Source: a virus
Lineage: Duplodnaviria; Caudoviricetes
DNA length: 26,290 nt
IMG/VR virus record: IMGVR_UViG_3300031977_001478
Coordinates: 1-26,290 of that record
Direction: 5' to 3' (one strand)
This document shows positions 19,019 to 26,290 of this stretch, one piece after another; positions within the stretch are counted from its first letter, which is position 1, and each line of letters begins with the position of its first letter. A program made the position numbers and the translations under genes. Under the pieces are notes generated by a model. It saw only the letters and a program-made list of their open reading frames with translations, ran no database searches and had not been told where the DNA came from.

Positions 19019-21652
19019 ATGTCAGCACGAATAAAAATAATAAAAAATAGCAATAGGGTCGAAATCCTTTTGCCTAATAAGATTTCTTTCTCAGGGGACT
19101 CTGACGGAGAGTTTGTTGCATCAGCAGGGTCTACCGATGATGGGGTGAACATAGTTAGAGAAAGCGACAGCTTCAGCGTCGCCAAAGAACTTGACTATAC
19201 TCTTATTGTAGACGATTCAGAAAATGTTTTTGGCGCGAATAGAGATGCTGTTGTTACAGCTCTGAACTCAGACTATCTTAATAGAGGTATTACTCTTTTT
19301 GAAGTTGGGGTAGAGGATCCTGGATCTGATAATCTGAGTAAAACCACACCAGACAAGAAGCTTCAGCTAAAAGTTAAGTCGGATGGAAGCGGGTTTGAGC
19401 TGGTCAACAAGCCCTCTATTATCGCAGACATTGGAGGTTTAGCATCTGACATAGGTGGAGCCGACGACAACGAGGTCTTGGGATGGACCTTGTCTAAGCA
19501 GTTTGAAGATCAGGATAGTACGAGCGTATACAGGGCTGCTATTAGGCCTGGTGTAAACGTCCAGGCAGAGGTCTCAAATGAGACCTACGGATCAGACTCT
19601 TACGTGACAACAGTTCTTGCAGTCAGAGACATCACGGCCTCGTTGATTTTGAAGAGTGGTGGGGTCATAAACAGTGAAGCCAAAGACATCATACTGAATC
19701 CAGCCGACACGTATGTAACATCCATCACTCGGCTCAAGACGAATGAAGATACGATTATCGGAGGGGACATCAAGACAGCCTCTGGAACAAATGACGACAT
19801 CGTTATCGACTGCGACGGCACTGGAAGAGTAAGGTTCAAGTCTGAGATCATGCCTCACGCAGATCAGGACTTGGTCATCCACTCTGGAGGCACGGGCAAC
19901 ATGATTGTCAAGCCAGACCTACAGATCGGCGGAGAGATTGTTACAGGGAGTAATGACGACCTGGTCTTGAACCCAGGCGGCACTGGTGCAATCGTATTTC
20001 AAGCAGACGACATTCGATTTGAGCAAACGTCAGCCATTACAGGTGGTGAGATAAGGCTTAATGAGTTCAATAGCTTGGGGAGCAATTACGTAGCTCTTAG
20101 GGCTCCGATTAGCTTGAGCGCAGATGTAGCGTTTACTCTTCCTGCCGCAGACGGCACGGACGGTCAAGTCTTGAAAACAAACGGGTCAGGAACCCTTAGT
20201 TTTGTGGATAGTCTTAGCGACACAACCGCTACGCTAAAGGGTACTACAAGCCTCAAACCAGTAGGTGGGCTAGACGCATCTCTAGCTTTCTACGATGATG
20301 CTGGTGACAATTTTGTTGTGTTGAGGGCTCCAGATACACTTACATCTGACACTACATTTAGGCTTCCTGCTTCAGACGGTACGAGCGGGCAAGTCATGAA
20401 GACGGATGGTTCAGGGCAGCTGTCGTTTACCACAATCACCAATGGTACAGATGGCGCTGATGGTGCTGACGGGGCAGATGGTTCGGATGGTACTGGCTTT
20501 ACTGGGGGGTCTTACAACGCTTCAACAGGTGTCGTAACCTTTACGTCTGACGATGGTCTTGGGTTCTCTACTGCAGACCTGAGAGGCGATGACGGCGCTG
20601 ATGGTACGGACGGAACCAATGGAACCAATGGTATTGACGGAGCAGATGGAGCAGACGGAGATGGCTTTACTGGAGGGTCTTACAACGCTTCTACTGGTGT
20701 TGTCACTTTCACATCTGACGACGGTCTGGGTTTCTCCACTGGAGATCTCAGAGGTGCGGACGGAGCAGACGGAACGAACGGTACTGATGGGGCTGACGGT
20801 GCAGATGGATCAGACGCTTTGGCTTTGGCTGGTAACGATCAGACACTGACTGGCAACAGGGTTATCAATACAAACGGATATGACCTGAGCATTAGAGATG
20901 GATTCTCAAACAAGCTTCAGTATGACGACAGTGCTGACGAGTGGGTATTTGGGGCTCCTGTTAGGTTTGATGAAAGCACTGGTGGTGAGATTAAGCTTAG
21001 AGAGCCACTTCAAGGTGGTGTCTCTGGGGTTGTGCTTAAAGCCCCAAACGCTAACCTGACTTCTGACGTTGAGTTCAGGCTCCCTTCTGCAGATGGAACT
21101 AGCGGGCAGTTTGTTAAGACAGACGGTAGCGGGAATCTGTCGTTTGGGGATGCTGGAGGTAGCACAACGCTAACTCAGGTGTACTCGCAAAGCTTCTTGG
21201 ATAACATCGGGACCACAAAGCACTACTTGCCGTTTAAGGATATCAACGAACAGACTACGATCTATCAAGAGGAGGCTGCTATGTTCATGCCTTTTGACGG
21301 TAAGGTAAGGTCTGTATCTATTAGAATACCAGCAATTACTGGCACGTCAGGCAACATGACTATCGGTGTTCACACAATCAATACAGGTAACACAGGATTG
21401 TTCAACTCTGGTCTATGGACCACAGAAGAAACAGAAACTGTGGCCGTTGCTACTACAGATGACCACAGAAGTATTCACTTTGTCTTTGACAATGCACAGC
21501 ATTTCGAGGCTGGTGACTTGCTCACTATTTCTATTCAGAGCTCAACCGATTTGTTCGGAGGAACTAAGTACGTTTACGTGTCAACCATCTTGGATTACGA
21601 TACGTCAAACACTATGCCTTCTACCAGTCAGGTGCTGAGCTCCAACCCATAA
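19019..21652 (+). CDS. Repetitive phage fibre protein (877 aa)
   Basis: Three D(I/L)V(I/L)xxxGTG repeats, three copies of L(R/K)AP..L..D..F.LP..DGT.GQ..KT.GSG.LSF, short GAD collagen runs, a duplicated 31-aa module and a C-terminal beta domain. Confidence 0.8.
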   Translation: MSARIKIIKNSNRVEILLPNKISFSGDSDGEFVASAGSTDDGVNIVRESDSFSVAKELDYTLIVDDSENVFGANRDAVVTALNSDYLNRGITLFEVGVEDPGSDNLSKTTPDKKLQLKVKSDGSGFELVNKPSIIADIGGLASDIGGADDNEVLGWTLSKQFEDQDSTSVYRAAIRPGVNVQAEVSNETYGSDSYVTTVLAVRDITASLILKSGGVINSEAKDIILNPADTYVTSITRLKTNEDTIIGGDIKTASGTNDDIVIDCDGTGRVRFKSEIMPHADQDLVIHSGGTGNMIVKPDLQIGGEIVTGSNDDLVLNPGGTGAIVFQADDIRFEQTSAITGGEIRLNEFNSLGSNYVALRAPISLSADVAFTLPAADGTDGQVLKTNGSGTLSFVDSLSDTTATLKGTTSLKPVGGLDASLAFYDDAGDNFVVLRAPDTLTSDTTFRLPASDGTSGQVMKTDGSGQLSFTTITNGTDGADGADGADGSDGTGFTGGSYNASTGVVTFTSDDGLGFSTADLRGDDGADGTDGTNGTNGIDGADGADGDGFTGGSYNASTGVVTFTSDDGLGFSTGDLRGADGADGTNGTDGADGADGSDALALAGNDQTLTGNRVINTNGYDLSIRDGFSNKLQYDDSADEWVFGAPVRFDESTGGEIKLREPLQGGVSGVVLKAPNANLTSDVEFRLPSADGTSGQFVKTDGSGNLSFGDAGGSTTLTQVYSQSFLDNIGTTKHYLPFKDINEQTTIYQEEAAMFMPFDGKVRSVSIRIPAITGTSGNMTIGVHTINTGNTGLFNSGLWTTEETETVAVATTDDHRSIHFVFDNAQHFEAGDLLTISIQSSTDLFGGTKYVYVSTILDYDTSNTMPSTSQVLSSNP
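20495..20755 (+). repeat. Internal duplication of a 31-aa module GFTGGSYNASTGVVTFTSDDGLGFST(A/G)DLRG
   Basis: Copies at 20495-20587 and 20663-20755 share 30 of 31 aa, separated and flanked by GAD/GTD triplets. Confidence 0.9.
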
Positions 21653-21664
21653 CGTTGACTTACT

Positions 21665-21672
21665 TATATTTG
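21665..21672 (+). promoter_or_regulatory. Bacteroidota-type -7 promoter box for the head-assembly genes
   Basis: Intergenic TATATTTG 4 nt before ATG 21677. Confidence 0.72.
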
Positions 21673-21676
21673 CACC

Positions 21677-21949
21677 ATGAGAAACCCCAACGAAGTAGCC
21701 TTCGGTCAAGAAGGCAGCAAGTTCATTCCAGACAACAGTGAACACCACGAGCCGCCTGCTGGTAAGGTTATCGTCGCTGTTCAGGCTATCAGCGCGATTG
21801 ATTTGAAAACATCAGGAACTGCTGTAGAGTCAGGATTTGAGGCTCCTGCGCAAGGAACTACCATTCCCGCTGGCGTAACTGTTTTTGGTCGGTTCACTAA
21901 GGTGCAGCTGAATGACACCAACCAGAGGGCGATGATTTATTTTGGATAA
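21677..21949 (+). CDS. Small beta-rich protein (90 aa), probable virion/head component
   Basis: Clean ORF behind a promoter box, with a C-terminal IPAGVTVFGRFTKVQL..AMIYFG pattern, located in the head module. Confidence 0.6.
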   Translation: MRNPNEVAFGQEGSKFIPDNSEHHEPPAGKVIVAVQAISAIDLKTSGTAVESGFEAPAQGTTIPAGVTVFGRFTKVQLNDTNQRAMIYFG

Positions 21950-21965
21950 AACAAACTAATTTAAT

Positions 21966-23039
21966 ATGGATAACGAATTGAATCAAACTGAAGAAAACAC
22001 TGGCTGGAGCTTTGTTCCAGACGAGGAAGTTCAAGCTGCTCAGAACCCTGAGCCTGAACAAGTCGAACAACCAGTTGAGACTGCACCACAGCCCGAGGCT
22101 GAGGTTTCTGAACCCACCAATGAACCTGCGCAAGAGCAGTATGATACAGAGGTGGTTAGTATTGACAACGATGAAATTAGTGACGAGGAGTTTGAAGCCG
22201 ACATGATGACTTACCTGAGCGAAAGGCTCGGGCGCCAAGTAAGCAGCTTCGACGACCTCACTATGCAACAAGAGGCACAGCTTGACGAGCGTGTTGAAGC
22301 CATTGCAAAGTTTGTCTCTGAGACAGGGCGGAGCCCGCAGGATTGGTTCTACTACCAGTCGCTCAATGCATCTGATATGGATGACATGACAGCGATTACA
22401 GTAAGCATGACTGCTCAGTATCCGAACCTTTCTCAAGAAGAGATTGGAACTTTGGTTTCTTCCAAGTACAAGCTGGATTCAACTCTGCACACAGAAGAGG
22501 AGATTAAGCTTTCTCAGTTGCAACTCAAGATGGATGCGCAGTCTGCGCGGGACTCAATCTCTAATTTGAGAGAGGGTTATGCCGCACCGCAGCAAGTGCA
22601 AAGTCAAGAGTCCCAAACGTTTGTTACTGATGAATGGATCTCCGACATGCGTCAGGAGGTGAATGCTTTGGATGCTGTCCAGTTCGATCTGGGCAACGGT
22701 CAGACATTCAACTTCGGATTGGATGAAGGGTACAGGAATCAGCTGGCAAACAAAAACAGTCGCCTTGAAGACTTCTTTGATCCTTACGTACAACAGGATG
22801 GAACATGGAATCACGACAAGTTTAATGTCCACATGACCGTGCTTGACAACATTGAGACGATTGTCTCTTCAGTCTATAAGCAAGGGATGGCCGACGGCCA
22901 GAGAGGTATTGTGGATCAGGCAGCTAACGTGAGCACCAAGTCTCCGAATCAAGGTAATGTACAACCTTCTGAGAATAACCTCGCATCGCAACTTCGTGAA
23001 GCGCTGGGGGGTAATTCCACATTATCTTTTAACATCTAA
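21966..23039 (+). CDS. Putative capsid scaffolding protein
   Basis: Acidic Glu/Pro/Gln-rich disordered N-terminus and helical core; immediately upstream of the major capsid gene. Function assigned mainly from position. Confidence 0.65.
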   Translation: MDNELNQTEENTGWSFVPDEEVQAAQNPEPEQVEQPVETAPQPEAEVSEPTNEPAQEQYDTEVVSIDNDEISDEEFEADMMTYLSERLGRQVSSFDDLTMQQEAQLDERVEAIAKFVSETGRSPQDWFYYQSLNASDMDDMTAITVSMTAQYPNLSQEEIGTLVSSKYKLDSTLHTEEEIKLSQLQLKMDAQSARDSISNLREGYAAPQQVQSQESQTFVTDEWISDMRQEVNALDAVQFDLGNGQTFNFGLDEGYRNQLANKNSRLEDFFDPYVQQDGTWNHDKFNVHMTVLDNIETIVSSVYKQGMADGQRGIVDQAANVSTKSPNQGNVQPSENNLASQLREALGGNSTLSFNI

Positions 23040-23051
23040 AAATAGACTACT

Positions 23052-24482
23052 ATGTCTGCAATTTCTGCAACACTGGGGACCACTAACTCCTCAAGCAAAG
23101 CACCAAAATTCCTCGCGGATCCCGAGAAGTATGTATCTCTCGGCTCTTTGATCGGCGATTACGCAAAAGAAGACAACAGAGAGCTTCTGATTGAAACCTA
23201 CGGAGACCAGGGTATTACTGGCTTCTTGCAGTTGACTGGCGCCGTTCGCAGCGCTGGTAACTCTGACGAAGTCCAGTACTGGGAAGAAGGTCGTTTGCAC
23301 AAGAAGATCACTGGTACGTTGGACGAAGACGGTGGCGCTGGCAGTGACGCTCGTATTACTAGCGACTTGACTGCATCCTCCGACCCTTCAACCAATGGCA
23401 TCAAAAACTTCCGTGTGAATGACGTCTTGATGAACAAGGCTGGTGAGCGCATGGTCGTTACCGCGGTTACTGCCGCTACTGATAGCGCTGCTGACTTTTA
23501 CGATGTCAGACCATTGGACGGTTCTGCCGCTTCTGGTTTGACCGACAGTGCTGGCGTTGACGAGGATTTCATCTTGATTGGTAACGTCTACGCACAGGGC
23601 ACAGGACAGCCTTCTGAGTTCTACCAGTCAGAAGTCACCAAGCGCACCAACCCATTCATCATCACCAAGGAGACCTACCACGTCAATGGTTCACAAGCAA
23701 CCAACATTGGCTGGATCAACATTGGCAACGGTGACTACAGATGGTACGTGAAGGGCGAGATGGACACTCGTAAGCGTTTCATGGATCAGCGCGAAATGAT
23801 GATGCTGTTCTCTGAGGATGCTGACGCTAACGCTAACAACAAGTTGGCTTTGGCTAGCGGTGAGATCGCTGGCTCTGAAGGTTACTTCCAGGCTGTGACC
23901 CGCAGAGGCATCACTGCTGACGGTTCTTTCGGTGACGGCGCTGGTTTCGCTGACGTCGACGAGATCATCTTCGAGCTCGACAAGCAGGGTGCTCCACACG
24001 AGTACGCTATGTACGTCGACACCAAGACCTCTCTCGACATTGACGACATGTTGGCTGCAGGTATCGCTACTCAGAACACTGCTGGTTTGGCAGGTCAGTT
24101 CGGTGCGTTCCAGAACAGCCCTGACATGGCCGTTCAGTTGGGCTTCAAGAGCTTCACCAGAGGCGGTTACACCTTCCACAAGCACGGATGGAAGTTGATG
24201 AGCAACCCACAGTTGTTGGGCGCGTTCGACAACAACAAGCCATTCAAGGGTGCTATGGTTCCAATGACTCGCGTCGCCGATGCGAAGACTGGAATGAAGG
24301 CTCCTGCTTTGGAGATGAACTTTAAGGAGACCAATGGCTACAGCCGTGAGTTGGAGCACTGGGTAGAAGGCGGTGGCGTCCTCGGTTTCAAGACCAACGA
24401 TGAGGATGTTGCTAAGTTCCACTACCGTTCAGAGTGCAACTTGATCACCCGCGCTGCTAACCAGCACGTTATTCTCAAGTAA
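23052..24482 (+). CDS. Major capsid protein (HK97 fold, crAss-like)
   Basis: 476 aa with YGDQGITGFL, SDEVQYWEEGRLH, NPFIITKETYHVNGS and LGFKSFTRGGYTFHKHGWK motifs. Codon bias typical of highly expressed genes. Follows the scaffold gene. Confidence 0.9.
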   Translation: MSAISATLGTTNSSSKAPKFLADPEKYVSLGSLIGDYAKEDNRELLIETYGDQGITGFLQLTGAVRSAGNSDEVQYWEEGRLHKKITGTLDEDGGAGSDARITSDLTASSDPSTNGIKNFRVNDVLMNKAGERMVVTAVTAATDSAADFYDVRPLDGSAASGLTDSAGVDEDFILIGNVYAQGTGQPSEFYQSEVTKRTNPFIITKETYHVNGSQATNIGWINIGNGDYRWYVKGEMDTRKRFMDQREMMMLFSEDADANANNKLALASGEIAGSEGYFQAVTRRGITADGSFGDGAGFADVDEIIFELDKQGAPHEYAMYVDTKTSLDIDDMLAAGIATQNTAGLAGQFGAFQNSPDMAVQLGFKSFTRGGYTFHKHGWKLMSNPQLLGAFDNNKPFKGAMVPMTRVADAKTGMKAPALEMNFKETNGYSRELEHWVEGGGVLGFKTNDEDVAKFHYRSECNLITRAANQHVILK

Positions 24483-24502
24483 TAACCTAAAACTCTTTTA
24501 AG

Positions 24503-24889
24503 ATGGCAAGATTTTTTCTACCCCTGATTCCTGATGGGGAGTTTGATGCTGTAACTGTTAACGACACAACTCAAGCTTTGTCTGTGTCTACATTCTGCAC
24601 GCATCTTACGGGAACAGATAGCGTGGCTTGCGTTGCAACTCTTCCTGCTGGCACTAAGATTGGTCAGCTCAAGAAGATTGTAACAAGAGCTGCTTCAGAT
24701 ACCAGTATCTCAGTCACTTTGACCAGTCACTTTGCAGATGCTTCAGATGTTTTGACACTTACCGCAGCGGGTAACTACGCTCTCTGCCAGTGGCAAGACG
24801 GAAACACTGATGCTTCTAATGTTGGAGGTGCTGGATGGAAGGTTCTTGAGACTGGAGACATCAACGCTGGTTCTAATCAGCTTGGATGA
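24503..24889 (+). CDS. Putative capsid decoration/auxiliary protein (128 aa)
   Basis: Ala/Thr-rich beta protein with a TLPAG..GQLKKI motif. Lies between the capsid gene and a terminator, so it is probably co-transcribed with the capsid gene. Confidence 0.55.
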   Translation: MARFFLPLIPDGEFDAVTVNDTTQALSVSTFCTHLTGTDSVACVATLPAGTKIGQLKKIVTRAASDTSISVTLTSHFADASDVLTLTAAGNYALCQWQDGNTDASNVGGAGWKVLETGDINAGSNQLG

Positions 24890-24904
24890 TAACTAACGGT
24901 AACT

Positions 24905-24933
24905 GAGGGGGAGGAACAGCCTCCCTCTCTTTT
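24905..24933 (+). terminator. Intrinsic terminator after the capsid operon
   Basis: GAGGGGGAGG-AACAG-CCTCCCTCTC, a 10-bp stem with one G-U pair, followed by TTTT. Confidence 0.8.
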
Positions 24934-24935
24934 AC

Positions 24936-24943
24936 TATCTTTG
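24936..24943 (+). promoter_or_regulatory. Bacteroidota-type -7 promoter box
   Basis: TATCTTTG immediately after the terminator, followed by an AT-rich leader to ATG 24965. Confidence 0.6.
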
Positions 24944-24964
24944 TTCAATTAAATAAATTCAATT

Positions 24965-25759
24965 ATGACTACACAAGCTAAGCGGGGTCGACCCGTAAAA
25001 AAAGCTGCTGCTGCGGCACCAGCAAAAAAGTTTTCCGTAAAGCAGGACATCAAGTCAAAGGGAATCCAAGAGTACGTCCTAAAGACAGGAAAGGGTGCAG
25101 TATATATGATGCACCAAAAGAACATCTCTCACTTCGACAAGGAGTCAGGTATGGTTCGTCAAATCAGATACTGTCCATCCGAGCACAGCGTGTTTGTAGA
25201 TGAGCAGTCTGAAAACGCAGTTCGTAAGTCCGTGGTTTTTGCTGACGGAAGGCTGTTGGTTAGACCAGATCAGCCAAACCTCGCTGAGTTTATGCGCCTT
25301 CACCCAGGCAACACTGCAAACGGGGGAACTGTGTTCAGCAAGGTGGATAAGCAAGAGAAGGCCAAGGTAGACGTAAGCAAGGAGTTCGTTGTTGCTGATG
25401 CAATTATCATGATCAAGGACAAGCCGTTTGAAGATCTTCTTTCTGTAGCTGCGTCTATTGGAATCAATGTTGACCGTCAGGCTGCGGAGATCAAGCACGA
25501 CCTGCTGATGTACGCAAAGAAGAATCCGACTCAGTTCATCAAGATGTTTGACAACCCTGAAGTCACGATGAAGGCTAAGATCAGAATGGCCATGAAGTAC
25601 GGAATCATCGAGATCAGCAAAGGGGCGGCTAGATGGAAGGACACCAACGGTATGATCGTTAGTGTACCAGAAGGAAAGGATGGAGTCGACGTGCTCCTGA
25701 GGTTCTTGTTAACAGAGGCAGGGGCACCAACTGCAGAGGAGCTAGATCGTCAGCTCTGA
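24965..25759 (+). CDS. Conserved-looking morphogenesis-region protein of unknown function (264 aa)
   Basis: Long ORF with host-like codon use, a basic low-complexity N-terminus (KRGRPVKK) and RQIRYCPSEHSVFVDEQ. Lies between the capsid gene and the ring-protein gene. Confidence 0.7.
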   Translation: MTTQAKRGRPVKKAAAAAPAKKFSVKQDIKSKGIQEYVLKTGKGAVYMMHQKNISHFDKESGMVRQIRYCPSEHSVFVDEQSENAVRKSVVFADGRLLVRPDQPNLAEFMRLHPGNTANGGTVFSKVDKQEKAKVDVSKEFVVADAIIMIKDKPFEDLLSVAASIGINVDRQAAEIKHDLLMYAKKNPTQFIKMFDNPEVTMKAKIRMAMKYGIIEISKGAARWKDTNGMIVSVPEGKDGVDVLLRFLLTEAGAPTAEELDRQL

Positions 25760-25775
25760 GTAGACTATATATACC

Positions 25776-25810
25776 GAAAAGGCCGTCCAATAGGGCGGCT
25801 TTTTCTTTTT
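25776..25810 (+). terminator. Intrinsic terminator
   Basis: GAAAAGGCCGTCC-AATA-GGGCGGCTTTTTC hairpin followed by a T tract. Confidence 0.85.
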
Positions 25811-25811
25811 G

Positions 25812-25819
25812 TATATTTG
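25812..25819 (+). promoter_or_regulatory. Bacteroidota-type -7 promoter box
   Basis: TATATTTG directly after the terminator T tract, 4 nt before ATG 25824. Confidence 0.72.
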
Positions 25820-25823
25820 CTTC

Positions 25824-26290
25824 ATGGGAGCAAGTGTAAACGTAGTCTATAACACCCTTAGAGATCTGGTCAATAAAGACCAGCAGGGCTTTGTTACTGT
25901 AGATGAGTTCAACCGCTTTGCCCAAGTAGCTCAGCTGAGAATCTTCAATAGGTTGTTCGACAGCCTCAAAGATGGAAGCCGACTTGAAAGAGCTGGCTTT
26001 GGGCAGGGTAGAGACAAGTCTAAGTTCAAGCAGATAACTGAAGATCTTTCGACGTTCGCAAAGACGGAGAAGAACATCGATAGAGAAGGCGGTGTGTTTG
26101 CCAGACCAGGCGACTTCGCTAGACTTATTAGCATCTCCACTCATGGTGGGTCTCTTCTTGGTCGAACAACTCGAACTCCCATTCAGATTTGCTATGACGA
26201 AGAAAAGATTGAGCGTATCCTTAGCAGCACCCTTAACGCTCCTACAAAGAGCTATCCTGTGGCGCTGGTGTCTGGAGACATCGAGGTATT
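25824..26290 (+). CDS. Putative head-tail adaptor/ring protein, 3'-truncated (absent from the ORF track)
   Basis: Manual translation MGASVNVVYNTLRDLVNKDQQGFVTVDEFNRFAQVAQLRIF... stays open to the window end. The N-terminus resembles ring proteins found after the capsid gene in crAss-like phages. Confidence 0.7.
   Translation, partial: MGASVNVVYNTLRDLVNKDQQGFVTVDEFNRFAQVAQLRIFNRLFDSLKDGSRLERAGFGQGRDKSKFKQITEDLSTFAKTEKNIDREGGVFARPGDFARLISISTHGGSLLGRTTRTPIQICYDEEKIERILSSTLNAPTKSYPVALVSGDIEV

Noticed and set aside
24470-24503. Programmed frameshift or read-through fusing the capsid protein to the 128-aa protein
   Set aside because: The capsid gene ends in tandem TAA TAA with no slippery sequence, and the next gene has its own AT-rich leader with A at -3.
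23691-26144. Minus-strand ORFs opposite the capsid and downstream genes
   Set aside because: They are antisense shadows of codon-biased plus-strand genes, with no recognisable motifs or expression signals.

Overview
This window is a single-strand (+), densely packed segment of a tailed dsDNA phage, most likely a crAss-like relative infecting Bacteroidota. The host inference rests on TAnnTTTG promoter boxes, start codons without Shine-Dalgarno sites, and the terminase/portal/capsid layout. Gene order: two HNH-type nucleases; tRNA-Arg(UCU); two tiny ORFs; two GT-B glycosyltransferases and a PAPS sulfotransferase whose genes overlap each other and the large terminase gene; portal; a small adaptor; a giant 3485-aa Pro-poor collagen-like fibre (about 2170 Gly-X-Y residues rich in Thr at Y, with seven globular 'beads'); an 877-aa fibre; a small beta protein; scaffold; major capsid protein; a decoration-like protein; a conserved 264-aa protein; and a truncated ring/adaptor protein. 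The best candidate for a new system is a phage-encoded glycosylation and sulfation pathway acting on a roughly 0.6-micron Thr-collagen virion fibre. This is inference and untested. Other notable signals are an apparent complete absence of CCGG, and promoters placed so that some mRNAs would be leaderless. All family calls come from motif recognition by eye; no database search was run.
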